Shown one piece after another: positions 24,835 through 37,443 of a DNA stretch of 64,000 nt. The DNA is from Squalus acanthias. Lineage: Eukaryota. Location: assembly GCA_030390025.1 (NCBI GenBank), contig CM059431.1, forward strand, positions 105,402,001 to 105,466,000. The letters are read 5' to 3'. Each line of letters begins with the position of its first letter. Within the stretch, counting starts at the first letter, position 1. Position numbers and translations under genes: made by a program. The notes under the pieces were generated by a model. The model ran no database searches. It saw only the letters and a list, made by a program, of their open reading frames with translations, and was not told where the DNA came from.

Positions 24835-25632
24835 GGGAATTTCCCCAGCCCTGAGGAGGCGGGTTTGGAGGCAGGACTGCCGGGAAAATGGCAGAAACTG
24901 GGAGCGGGTACAGACCCCGCTCCCAACTCGCCTCCATGCCATCTTCCCAGGAGGCGGGTCCCCGACTCGCGCAGGGACCCGTCTCCTCGAGGCGGGAAGG
25001 GGATTAGAGCCAATGAACTGCCTGTTAATAGGTAGTTAACAGGCAGTTTTGAGGCTTATCCCCATTTTACCCCGACAGCTGCGAACTTGCCAGGGTCAGC
25101 GAGGCGAGCAGTGGGTCTGCGGGGGTGAGAGGGATCGAAAAGTCCGCTGTAGAGGTGAGTGATGGGTGCAAGTGTGGAGAGGTAAGTATGAGAGGTGAGT
25201 GTAAAGTGCTTCTTCCTGCAGGCTTCGAACTTTGAGGATCTGGAGGTGCCTCATCTCAACGGCAGAGATGACAGAATGGCTGCTGCATTCTCAGTTGCAG
25301 CAGCCATCTGCTTTCTGCTGCGGAGAGAGGTCTTGGTGGGCCTGTGTGCAAGGGCTCACCTTAGAACAGAGATTGTCAGGGTTTGACAGCTTCTCTAAGC
25401 TATCAAACGCTGACAATTCAGCTGTTAAAAATTTTTGACAGATGAAACGTCATACGCTGACGTCCTCTGTCACCGGCTTTCCCTTAATTGGCCGCTAAGC
25501 CTGCAGGGCATGCTTAACAAGGTCAGTCAAGGGAAAAGAGCGTGCGTTGGCCGGACATCGCTGGGGGCGGGACTAAAACCCGACAATCAGCAGTCCCTCC
25601 CCCAATGCGCCCCCATTGATAAAATCCAGCCC
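24835..25632. mobile_element. Harbinger-type MITE (family A), opposite orientation to 1752-2604
   Basis: Ends aaaatccagccc; reverse-complement similarity to 1752-2604. Confidence 0.8.
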
Positions 25633-26264
25633 TTATTTTGGCTTCAGCAGATTTACTCTGGTGTTATTATCGATGGGAATTTCCTGCGAGCTGTGCCCGC
25701 GGTGTTGCAGTTCTCCCTGGGTGATCAGTCTGGAAAAAGTAGTAGGTTGCAAACATAGACTGCCATTTCAACAGCCCTCTTTGCCTCTTCTGAATTTCCC
25801 GCTTCTGGGCCATTCCTTTATAGTGCCTGCCAGCATGGGCCACCTCGTATATCTCCATCTGCCTCCCTCTGATAGGTCAGTTTCACTCCCAACCTTCCCT
25901 GATTGGAGTTCCTTCTGCATGACACGTTTATATTCCTGTGATATGTGTGGGGACGGGACTACCTCTTCATCCGGTGTTTCTTTTTCCTGTCCATGTGGCC
26001 TTACAAACAAAGGACCATATGCTGAGCATCTCCATTTTAAATCCTTACAGACAAAGGAACACATGCTGACTCCTTACATTTTGAGTCCTTCCGTTATCAT
26101 TTCACAATTTGTTCGCAATTTCGATCTCCACACAGTAGCAGCAGTTTTATTATGTTTTTTAGAATCTTACAATTGCACAGTTTGAATGAGAGCTACATGA
26201 AATTAGTTTGGAAAATCTCAACTCCGTATCTTGTGGGAGACGGCTTGCAGCTCACAGCTGTCCA

Positions 26265-26486
26265 TAACAAAAACAATTTGCATTTATATAGCACCTTTAA
26301 CGTAGTAAAACATCCCAAGGAGCCTCACAGGAGCGATTATCAAACAAAATTTGACACCGAGCCACATAAGGAGATATTAGGACTGGTGACCAAAACCTTG
26401 GTCAAAGAATTTGGTTTTAAGGAGAATCTTAAAGGAGAAGAGAGAAGTAGAGAGGGGGAGAGGCTTAGGGATGGAATTCCAGAGCT
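26265..26486 (-). mobile_element. L2 3' fragment
   Basis: L2 tail reverse complement. Confidence 0.8.
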
Positions 26487-28040
26487 TCATATCAGTTGGA
26501 ACTGGATTGTCAATCTCACTCATATTAACTAATAATTATTGCCTAATTACACCTTATTATTGCAGTGAATCTAAGGTACTTTGGATTTGGAAGTATGTCA
26601 AAGTGGGACTTCTGGGCGCTGGCTTGATCCAGCCATGACCCCAACTCATTTTCCCGAGTTGGGGGGTCAATTAAATTTCCATACACAGAGTGGGCTACCA
26701 GTAGTACCTCTGATCTTCAGAGGCAGACCCCAGTGCAGTGGAGGGAAATGTTCTGGCGCTGCAGTAAGTGCTCCAATGCAGGGCCTTAAATGGGCGGAGT
26801 CTATTTTAAAGAGGGAGGTACAGCCTTTTGGAAGAGGGTGAGATGGCCATCTTTCAGCTATTCCTCCTGTCTCCCATTGCCACAATCCCTCCCACTGTAC
26901 CCTCTCACTCTCGTCTTCCTCTCCTTTGATGGCGCCGGGGCAGAAAGGAAAGAAAGGCAGAGGGATCCTCAACACAACAATGCTGCCGTTTCCATTTACT
27001 AGAACTGATGGATGGGCAGCCAACACTGGTGGTAGTGGGGGTGGGTGAAAGAAAACATGAGGATCCATTTTTAGTGGTGGGGACTCTCCGATAGGCTCAC
27101 TGCTCCATTTTCCTTGGAAGAATGCGCTGCGATTGCTTAAAAACAGGTGGATTCCGAGAAGAAAATCCAAGCCTTCATCTTCTGGAGCATTGCCAATCTG
27201 TTCACAGTCGAAGGTTACCAATTTTAATTTCCCTCCATCCAATGCCAAACTGCAGCATGTATAAAATGCATTCATTTCCAATAACAGGTACATTACAATA
27301 CCTCAGTAGTTACTGCTGAGTAAAATCTTTTTCGAGCTTTTGAAATGCCTCACTTCAGCAAGCAGTGCAGCTAAAATAACCGACTTCAGATAGCCTTGCA
27401 TCTTGAGATACTCATCAATAGATAAACGTAGGCCCTGGAGCACCAGCTTTAATCTCCTTCATATATTTTTTTCTTCCCGACAGCAGGAATAGATAACTTG
27501 CCCTCCACTAGTGGGATGCCTTGTATCTTTCTGGTGTCGTTCAGTTCATTTTCTCGATTTGAATCAGTGTGTTGTGTCAGTGAAAGTAATATTGTATATT
27601 GAAGCTTTGCTGCAGTAATCATGATACCTATTTATTCTGCTGACTACTGGATGACATTTTTTTTTTTTTCGTACAAGTCTCCGGGGGCCAAAGATGTCCT
27701 TTTATCAGATGTGATAGAACGCTGACAATCCATTTATTTTCAAACTGTGACATCAATTTATTCATTTTCTCACCTGAAGAAGGGGCCAAAGTGGCTTACA
27801 TGATTGTGAAAACAAGTCGATTTTCTCATGCTGAACTGAAGATATTAGATTCTCCATGTTAAAAAAAACCTATCCCTAGATAATAATGCAAGGAATTTAA
27901 CTCATTTTTAATCATAGTTACACGGCAAAGGACTAAGTACTTCACTGCACCCGTCCCTCTGACTGTATATCATTGCATCTATAGTATATTTAAATAAGGA
28001 CTTGGTTGGAAGATTTACTTTCAGTGTAAGTAAGACAAAA

Positions 28041-28620
28041 TCTCACCTCCTGACTCCCCAAAGCCTTTCCACCATCTGCAAGGCACAAGTCAGGAGTGTG
28101 ATGGAATACTCTCCATTTGCCTGAATGAGTGCAGCTCCAACAACACTCAAGAAGCTCGATACCATCCAGGACAAAGCAGCCTGGTTGATTGGCACCCCAT
28201 CCACCACCTTAAACATTCACTGTCTCCACCACCAGCGTACCATGGCTGCAGTGTGTACCATCTACAAGATGCACTGCAGCAACTCGCCAAGGCTTCTTCG
28301 GCAGCACCTCCCAAACCCTGCGACCTCTTCCACCTAGAAGGACAAGGGCAGCAGGCGCATGGGAACACCACCACCTCCAAGTTCCCCTCCAAGTCACACA
28401 CCATCCTGACTTAGAAGTATATCGCCATTCCTTCATCGTCGCTGGGTCAAAATCCTGGAACTCCCCCCCTAACAGCACTGTGGGAGTACCATCACCACAC
28501 GGACTGCAGCGGTACAAGAAGGCGGCTCACCACCACCTTCTCAAGGGGCAATTAGGGATGGGCAATAAACGCTGGCCTTGGCAGCGACGCCCACATCCCA
28601 TAAAACTAATTTAAAAAAAA
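28041..28620 (+). mobile_element. CR1-group LINE family B 3' fragment
   Basis: Near-identical to 6230-6805. Confidence 0.88.
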
Positions 28621-28681
28621 TCAGATTATGGTATTGATTTTCCATTTCTCAGTCATTTCTAATATAGTTAAAATAAAAAGT

Positions 28682-28942
28682 AACAACAACAGCAACTTGT
28701 ATTTATATAGTGCGTTTAACGTAGTAAAACTTCCCAAGGCGCTTCACAGGATTGTTATAAAGCAAAATTTGACACCGAGCCACATAAGGAGATATCAGGA
28801 CAGGTGACCAAAAGTCTTGGTCAAAGAGGTAGGTTTTAAGGAGGAAAAAGAGGTAGAGAGGTGGAGAGGTTTAGGGAGGGAATTCCAAAGCTTAGGGCCC
28901 AGGCAGCTGAAGGCACGGCCGCCAATGTTGGAACGATTAAAC
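28682..28942 (-). mobile_element. L2 3' fragment
   Basis: L2 tail reverse complement. Confidence 0.85.
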
Positions 28943-29327
28943 TTAAAAATCTATGTAAATTGAATGGGCAGCAGTAACTGTAGCTGTGATAAAGCAGCAA
29001 TGGCAAAACATACATGAATTGGCGCTGGTGAACTAAATTTGCAATGTGTGGGTGAGGAGGACAGAGGAAGCAGACAGGGGAAAAAAGTGCCAGGACATGG
29101 AGATGCAAAAACGAGCATAGCCTTCAAAAGTACAAAGACAGAAGTGAGGGGCAGAATAAGGAGACACCAAAGGTAAAACATAAGAGAAGGCACGAGGCGA
29201 GAACTTGAGGGGGAAAATGAGAAGCATAAAGTAAAGATAACCTAATGAATTGGAGAAATCGCTCCTGTTGCTATTGGTAGGAAAGACAATGAAAGTGTTT
29301 GCCATGACGACCAGTCACCTGCTTAAT

Positions 29328-29552
29328 GCAAAAGCAAAATACTGCGGAGGCTGGAAATCTGAAATAGCAACAGAACATGCTGGAAACACTCAGAAGGTCA
29401 GGCAGCGTCTGTGGAGAGAGAAACAGAGTCAGCGTTTCAAGTCGATGACCTTTGGTTCTGACGATAGGTCATTGACCTGAAACGTTAACCCTGTTTCTCT
29501 CGCCACAGATGTTGCCTGACCTGCCGAGTGTTTCCAACAAGTTCTGTTTTTA
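29328..29552. mobile_element. Penelope-type inverted terminal (pseudo-LTR) palindrome
   Basis: Inverted arms of about 85 bp centred near 29455; right arm matches 59945-60041. Confidence 0.75.
29454..29490 (+). ncRNA. Minimal type I hammerhead ribozyme motif
   Basis: ggtt-CTGACGA-t-aggtc(att)gacct-GAAA-cgt-T-aacc. Confidence 0.6.
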
Positions 29553-30215
29553 TACCTGTTTGATGCATGCGTGGGCAGTACATTGCATGATACTGTGTAC
29601 GATCTGGCCTGGAAGGAGGTGAGGTCAATGATAACCTGACTGTCACTGACAGATGGCATTGCAGCAGATGGCAACACCTTGCCAATTGGCAGCATGCTGA
29701 CTCAAAGTCTGCAGAGGCAGTTGTCCTCAATCATTGCCGGAAAGGGTGTGCCAGGGCCTGCAGATATGGTTGGCGGCATAATGGTAGTTGCAGGCTTTCC
29801 AACTCAAGTACCGGCTGATCACCCTACCATGCCTTCATTTGACTTTTTTCTTTCACAATTAAGAAATACTGTGTTTGGGCTCTTTAACTTGACTTGCCAA
29901 CCAGCATGGGACTTAGATGTCTTGTTGCTCCCTAAGCTACAGCGAAAGTTCGTGTTGCGAGATCCCATTTTCATATCCCCTCTTCTTTAATAATCTTACC
30001 GTTCTGCTAAATTCTTGCAAATACTTCATCTATAATCTGCTTTCCAGTACTCCACCTGGTGCAGGGTCATGCCATTTTGGGGAAATATATGTCCTTCTAT
30101 TTTGTTAATTGCAGGAAAAATTAAAGAGCAAACAGGGGCTTTATAGAAGGCCTTGCTATGCAGTGACACTCGTCCCATGTATTTCCTGATGTTTTTTGAT
30201 CTTTTTATTTGCGTA

Positions 30216-30555
30216 GTGGCTGAGAGGTTGTTTCTCCTGGCGGGAGAGTCTAGAACTAGGAGGCATAGTCTCAGGCTAAGGGGTCGGCCATTTACGACTG
30301 AGATGAGGAGGAATTTCTTCACTCAGACGGTTGTGAATCTTTGGAATTCTCTGCCCCAGAGGGATGTGGATGCTGAGTCTTTGAGTAGATTCAAGGCTGA
30401 GATAGACAGATTTCTGGACTCTCGAGAATCAAGGGATATTGGGATCGGGCAGGAAAATGGAATTGAGGTAGAAGATCAGCCATGATCTTATTGAATGGCG
30501 GAGCAGGCTCAGTGGGCCGTATGGCCTACTCCTGCTCCTATTTCTTATGTTCTTA
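30216..30555 (+). mobile_element. CR1 3' fragment
   Basis: ORF 30153..30485 C-terminal part; tail. Confidence 0.88.
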
Positions 30556-31384
30556 CTGCAGTGAATTCTCTGGCATTCTTTGACTATGTACGTAGTGTAT
30601 CTACAGTGTGAAATATGTTATAATCTGATGAAATGTGATTGATTGGGATGCAGAAATAAAAAGCTGCACACAACAGATTGGAATATGACAGGTCAAGTAG
30701 GGTCAGCATTCTTTACCCGATCTCATCCGATGTTGGGCAATATAGCAGGCAAGAAATTCAGGGAGAGCCCTACTGATGCCTCTTGGTGCCGCTCTAAACC
30801 TCCCTCCCTCCCCGCCACAGGGAAGTCCATTGACCGCACCTTACCTGTAAATGATGATGGCAGAACCGAGCTTGAGAAGCCTTCCAATTTCTCTGCTTCC
30901 CGCCTCTACGGCCACTGAGCCCCCGCCCCCCCCAGTAACTGGCCAGGAGAGCAGGTCCGCTCTGAAGTGGGCTTAGTAGTAAATGCATCAGCCTCTCTTA
31001 AAAAGTAAAGGGGCCTTGTCAGAGGTCACTCGGCTCATGAGAGAGCCTTGTTAAATTCTGAAAAGAATGCTTCAGAGCTCTCCGGCCTTCTCCTCTTGTT
31101 GCTGCAGCAGTGGGTGTCCCACCAACATTTTGCTCCCTTGCAGTGGTGGGCTCCCTCTTGGTGGCAGACATCGTGCCAGGAGCTCTCTTTACAAGTGGTG
31201 GGCCCAGCACTCTAAACACAAGGGTCAGGGTTGGTGCGATGGGCAGATGCCCCACCTGCCCCTCTTTTTTTAAATTTATCCATCGGATGCGGGCATCTTT
31301 AGCAAGGCCAGCATTTATTGCCTGTCTCTTTTGATGGCTATTCTACCCCAGAGCAAAATCCAGCCCACAGTGTTTGTTTATGTT

Positions 31385-31860
31385 TCTTTTTTATTCGTTC
31401 CTGGGATGTGGGCGCCACTGGCAAGGCCAGCATTTATTGCCTATCCCTAAGGCCAGCATTTATTGCCCATCCCTAAGGCCAGCATTTATTGCCCATCCCT
31501 AAGGCCAGCATTTATTGCCCATCCCTAAGGCCAGCATTTATTGCCCATCCCTAAGCCGCTTTCTTGAACCGCTGCAGTCCGTGTGGTGAAGGTACTCCCA
31601 CAGTGCTGTTAGGGAGGCAGTTGCAGGATTTTGACCAAGCGAAGATAAAGGAATGGCGATATATTTCCAAGTCAGCATATTGTGTGACTTGGAGCGGAAC
31701 TTGGAGGTGGTGGTGTTCCCATGCACCTGCTGCCCTTGTCCTTCTAGGTGGTAGAGGTCGCGGGTTTGGGAGGTGCTGTTGAAGAAGCCTTGGCGAGTTG
31801 CTGCAGTGCATCTTGTAGATGGTACACACTGCAGCCACGGTACGCCGGTGGTGGAGGGAG
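31385..31860 (-). mobile_element. CR1-group LINE family B 3' fragment
   Basis: ORF 31551..31838 (AAVCTIYKMHCSNSPRLL). Confidence 0.88.
31423..31552. repeat. Tandem repeat, 5 x 26 bp
   Basis: Unit aaggccagcatttattgcccatccct; one mismatch in the first unit. Confidence 0.95.
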
Positions 31861-33451
31861 AGATGTGAGGAATATATGAAGAGTTAGCAATAGTTTTCAC
31901 ATATCAGGAATTTGCGTGCATCAGGATTGCATGTGAGTGGATTCAGCTGTCTTTGACCACCACTGACATGTGTTATACAGCCCTGTATTAATAGATTATG
32001 TATGTAGCATGAAACAAAGTACAAAAATTAGGCTCTTCACAATAGGCAATTACATCTCCTTATTCTGTGAGATGTCCCAGTAATATCTGAAGGGAAGGCT
32101 TTAAATTTATTTTCTATTAAGAGATTCTAGTCACAGATTTGGGGATGATAAAGAAGCATGAGAAGAATTGACATAAAGGTCTCAAAGTTAATTGCTTTGA
32201 TTCTGCTTAGTCGTCCTTATGATTGATGCAACTTTAAATATCTCTGGGTTCATGGGCAACAGTTGAGTTTCGTGGACACATTTACTGAAGAACAAGGTTT
32301 ACTTTCAATAAGAACTGGGTATGGGAATTTTTCCTGATCCTGTGATGCACAGTCTAAGAGTTGGGCCGTGTCTCCACGGAGTTGTTTCAATTCTTTTAGT
32401 GAAAGCCGTCAATGGGGGCCCAACCTTCACACATAAAACTGTCAAGGTGCTCATCACTCTTCCACCTCCCAGGGAATAGGGAGCTGAATAGTTCTTAATG
32501 GCATTAGTAGAATGTATCTCTGTGTGGAGTGGCTTTGGGGAATTAACCTCACCACCTCTTGATCGGCAGAATTAGCGCAATATGTGAAACCATTGGCAAA
32601 GCTGTCACCTTTTTACAAAAGGACATTGTGGATGTATAGCATTTTACTGATTCATTATGACAGCTTTCTCCTTTTCCAATTGTTTGAGAAACCGAGTGGG
32701 ATATTGGTTTCAATTCATAACACCAGAGGAGGTAGCTCTGCTCTAACCAAAGGCCACACTGTCCTGCTGTCAGTAAAATTAGTGCATTTTGTCATCCCGG
32801 ACCCTGACAGTATAGTTCAGAGCACAATAAATTAAGAATTTCTAAGGTTCATGGGGATAACTCAGACCTCAAAATGAGCTTTTAAAGTTCCATCAATCAT
32901 GCCGGCAGAGCAAATCATTTACAGTACTTTAATGTGTAACTCAAACATTTCCAAAACACATCACTCATAAGCGTACATGTCACAGTCAGACAGGATCAGA
33001 TTCCTGTCATGATGGTAGTTCAAACTTGGCACTGCAATGCATATTTTTAAAGTCACGATTCTACACGAGCACGGTATGGAAACCATTCTTTGCAACCTTG
33101 TGAAAACCCAGAATATTCACCCACACAAAAGAAATTAATCCTTTATTTTTTTTAATAAAACAACTGCATGGCACAGTACTAGTGCATCTCTTGTTGCCCT
33201 GCTGATGGTGTGTCAGAGAATATGCTGTGTTATAATGTGGGCCCACTGAGCAGAACATTGAACTTACAGCACAGAAATAGGCCAATTGACCCAACAGGTC
33301 TTTCCAGTGTGTATGCTCCACACGAGCCTCCTCCCACCCTATTTCATCTCACCCTATCTGCATGTCCTTCTACTCCTTTCTCCCTCATGTAATTATCCAG
33401 CTTCCCTTTAAAGGCAACTATTTTATTCACCGAGTAAATTATTTTATTCTC

Positions 33452-33840
33452 GATTTCAAAATTCACATCCTTGTTTTCAAATCCCTCCATGGCCTCGCCC
33501 CTTCCTATCTCTGTAATCTCCTTCAGCCCCACAACCCCCCAAAATATCTGCTCTCCTCTAATTCAGCCCTCTTGAGCATCCCTGATTATAATCGCTCAAC
33601 CTTTGGTGGCCGTGCCTTCAGCTGCCTGGGCCCTAAGCTCTGGAATTCCCTCCCTAAACCTCTCCACCTCGCTACCTCTCTTTCCTCCTTTAAGACGCTC
33701 CTTAAAACCTACCTCTTTGACCAAGCTTTTGGTCACCTGCCCTAATTTATCCTTATGTGGATCGGTGTCAAATTTGTTGTCTTAAAATACTCCTGTGCCG
33801 CGCCTTGGGACGTTTTACTATGTTAAAGGCGCTATATAAA
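33452..33840 (+). mobile_element. L2 3' fragment
   Basis: ORF 33362..33745 C-terminal part. Confidence 0.88.
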
Positions 33841-34463
33841 CTTAATTGGACCAGCCACATAAAACAAGAGCAGGTCAGAGGCTGGTGTCTCACCTCCTGA
33901 CTCCTCAAAGCCTTTCCACCATCTACAAGGCACAAGTCAGGAGTATGATGGAACACTCTCCACTTACCTGGATGAGTGCAGCTGCAACAACACACAAGAA
34001 GCTAGACACCATCCAGGACAAAGCAGCCCACTTGATTGGCACCCCATACACCACCTTCAACATTCACTCCCTCCACCACCGGCGTACCGTGGCTGCAGTG
34101 TGTATCATCTACAAGATGCACTGCAGCAACTCGCCAAGGCTTCTTCGGCAACACCTCCCAAACCCGCGACCTCTTCCACCAAGAAGGCCAAGGGCAGCAG
34201 GCACATGGGAACACCACCACCTCCAAGTTCCCCTCCAAGTCACACACCATCCTGACTTAGAAGTATATTGCCGATCCTTCATCGTCGCTGGGTCAAAATC
34301 CTGGCACTCCCTACCTCACAGCACTGTGGGAGTACCTTCACCGCACGGACTGCAGCGGTTCAAGAAGGCGGCTCACCATCACCTTCTCAAGGGCAATTAG
34401 GGATGGGCAATAAATGCTGGCATTGCCAGCGACGCCCAGATCCCTTAAGCGAATAAAAAAAAT
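33841..34463 (+). mobile_element. CR1-group LINE family B 3' fragment inserted in the L2 tail
   Basis: ORF 33846..34400; the L2 (ttg)n tail resumes after 34463. Confidence 0.88.
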
Positions 34464-34730
34464 ACAACTTCTTGTTGTTGTTGTTGTTGATGAGTAAAAG
34501 GCAGGTTTGGGTTTGACTGACAACTGATTGTATTCTGGAACTGGAGTGTATATAAGTCTGTACGATGTTTTTGAAAGGTGCAAGTTTTTTTTTTAAAACC
34601 AGTAGACATGAACTAATATCAGCCGGACAGGTGTAGGTCAATATTTCCTTGCTACAAGAAATTCTCTTAACCTCTCATTTGTCCCACTCCTCATCTGAAA
34701 GGATGATGGCAGCTGCCATGTTACAGACTC

Positions 34731-36970
34731 AGGCCTAGAAGTTTGCAGTCTTTCCGCTGGCCGTTAAGGCCCGTTTCGGGGAAAAAAATGGTGGCCGCCT
34801 CACTGCCGCCCGTCTCCGACGGCCGCCATTTTGGTAAGGGCCAGAGTGTTGCGGTTGGAAGAAATGTAAATCAGCAGAGCGTGACGTCAGTTGATGTGCA
34901 ACGCCGACTTGATGCCAAGTCTACAAACTTAGAACTGTTCACTGAGTTTACCTCCAGGTCCTAAGCACGTTCAGAATAGTGGGCGTGAAGCAGCCCCGCA
35001 GATGCTCTGTCAGCGCTTCTTAAAGGGACACATACATCTTTCAGGTAATTTTGGATTTAAGCTTTTGGACTACCTAAAAAAAATATTTTATTGAAGTAGT
35101 GGCTTGCTGCAATAGATATTAAGTTTTAAATCCTGCAGGGATTGCTGCTGGATGCTTGCAAGGCCTCGGATGATAAAGGAAGGCCTCTGAGAAGACAGAA
35201 AATGCTGGAAATACTCAGCAGGTAGGGCAGCATCCGTGGAGAGAGAAACAGTGTTCACACGTCTCAAGTCGAAATGCTGCCTAACCTGCCAAGCATTTCC
35301 AGCATTTTCTGCTTATATTTTCAGATTTCCAACATTCGCTTGCAGAGGGAAGAGGAAGACACAGAATAGGAAGACGCAGTAGAGGAGGAAGCAGAAGGAA
35401 GGATGCAACCCTGACAGCCCCTTTCTGGCCGGGATATCCGGGATGGAATCATCTGCCTGTGGTACTAGTGACCACAACCCCAATTCCCCTTTCAACCTTT
35501 GTCCCACCTTACCTTCCCTCTGTTATTGACCATCACAGCGCCCTCTTTGCCACAATGCTGAAATAAAAGCCACCACAAAACAAACATCCCAATCAAACTT
35601 TATACATCTATCCATCCAATGTGACATCAAGAAATCAACCAATCACCCTTGTGCATTCCCTTAGTGACTGTCTTGTGTGTGCCTTTGCCTATTCTACTGA
35701 TGTCACGCAGTGCTACCCCAGTGGCAGCAGCATGGCTGGTGGAAGGTTGCTGACTTTCAGTGGGGAACACTGCAAATGGTCTTGAAGGATGACCTTGAGG
35801 AGCTGGTCGCTGAGAGTGTGACATCGAGTGATGGTGTTTCTTCTCTTCTTCTTCTTCTCTCCTCTCCCTCTTCTTGGTCAACCACTGGATGGGCAGGCTG
35901 GATTTCTTGGGTGTATGAAATGAGGAAGGCACAGGGGTAGGGCGGGAAAGCAAGAGCTGCATGCTTACCCCATGCGCACCTTGTAAATCAGAAGATATTG
36001 TGGAATGAGGGGAAGTGGGATGCTAGAAGGAGGATAACATATGAGGATACCAGCATCTTGTATCCTTTCAGCCCCGCTGCTGGCCAAGGGCTCAGCCGTG
36101 CCCCTGCCAAGAATGTCCACCACTCTCTCCTCCAAGGGGTGAGGTGAAGCTAGGAATGGGAGGTGTGCCTTGTGTTTGGTACAGATAGTTGGTAGGTGAG
36201 TGATTGGCGGGGGGAAGTCGTGCATTGAGCAGTGTGTGAGGCTACTGGTGCAGTTGGTAGGAGACGGCTTTTGAAGATGCATTCACTGACCTTGACCACT
36301 GGTCTGAGGTCATGAAGCTTCGTTGGGGCTGGAGCCAGGTCGTGGGGGCGACACTGCCGGCAGAGACGGCCTCGGTGATCTGGTCCCACATCGTTCTTTC
36401 TGGAGGGCCTCCTGGCCTCCTGTGGGTAGAGGGCCGCTCTTGCAGTGCTGACTCCCTGCACAAAGCTGGAGTGCTGCGTGCGAGATGCTGGGTGCCCCTT
36501 CCCTGGGTTGCTGAGCCATTTGTGTTAGTGCTGAAGCACTTTTCCCATTATTTAAGTGTGGAATGGAATTCAGCTTTAAGAGCTGAAGACTCCCATTTGG
36601 GAATTCTTTTCAATGCTGATTTTTTTCACAAGGCATTTGAGCTGTATGGGCTAAAAACTGCCTATTTTTACATGGTTTTTCTTCTTTTCTTTTCAGAAGG
36701 CAGTTCCCCTTTAAGAGACTGAACTGCTTTTTGAAATGACAGCCTTGCTTTAAGAGAAGGTTGTTGTTGCTGCAATGACACTATGGCCACGCTACATCAG
36801 GACCTCCTGCCTGGAAGAGCGCCACCAGAACAGCATTGCACAGTAAGATTAATGCCAGGGCTAATGTTAATTAGTCCCCAGTGCCAATTTACTGGTCCCG
36901 GCAGCACCAGCTATTTCGGCGGCCCGCGGTGGTACCGGCAGGTTTTTACCGATATCGAATTTTTAGGCCC
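34731..36970. mobile_element. Internally deleted Harbinger transposon
   Basis: TIRs aggcctagaagtttg / cgaatttttaggccc; Myb/SANT-like remnant on minus strand; acidic transposase-like C-terminus on plus strand near 35345-35470; Penelope-type insert at about 35190-35340. Confidence 0.75.
36050..36519 (-). pseudogene. Harbinger Myb/SANT-like DNA-binding protein remnant (intron-containing)
   Basis: Frameshifted MAQQPREGAPSISHAAL / VQGVSTARAALYPQEARRPSRK / MWDQITEAVSAGSVAPTTWLQ / KLHDLRPVVKV; downstream piece PLEERVVDILG. Confidence 0.7.
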
Positions 36971-37065
36971 CAGTGTTTTATATAGGTTTAGCACAACTTC
37001 CTGGCTTTTGTCATCTATGCTTCCACTTATAAAGCCCAGGATCCCGTATGATTTAGTAACTGCTT

Positions 37066-37443
37066 TATAAAATTTCTGACCGGGCTAGACAGACTGGATG
37101 CAGGGAGGATGTTTCCCCTGGCTGGGGGGGTTTAGAACGAGGGGTCACAATCTCAGGATACGGGGTAGGACATTTAGGACTGAGATGAGGAGAAATTTCT
37201 TCACTCAGAGGGTGGTGAACTTGTGGAATTCTCTACCACAGAAGGCTGTGGAGGCCATGTTACTGAATATATTTAAGAAGGAGATAGATAGATTTCTAGA
37301 CACAAAAGGTATCAAGGGGTATGGGGGAGAGAGCGGGAATATGGTATTGAGATAGAGGATCAGCCATGATCATATTGAATGGCTGGAGCAGGCTCGAAGG
37401 GCCGAATGGCCTACTCCTGCTCCTATTTTTCTACGTTTCTATG
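37066..37443 (+). mobile_element. CR1 3' fragment inside an older antisense CR1
   Basis: ORF 37098..37355. Confidence 0.85.

Noticed and set aside
25616..26185. 189-aa ORF as a gene
   Set aside because: Starts in a MITE end at a non-ATG codon; no recognisable motifs or splice context
26667..27293. 208-aa ORF as a gene
   Set aside because: No recognisable domain; spans MITE-like and low-complexity sequence; probably a chance frame
29995..30060. Minus-strand exon with gtaaga donor
   Set aside because: All three frames from the nearest plausible acceptor contain stops
31423..31552. CRISPR-like array
   Set aside because: Units are directly adjacent with no spacers, derive from a LINE tail, and the DNA is eukaryotic
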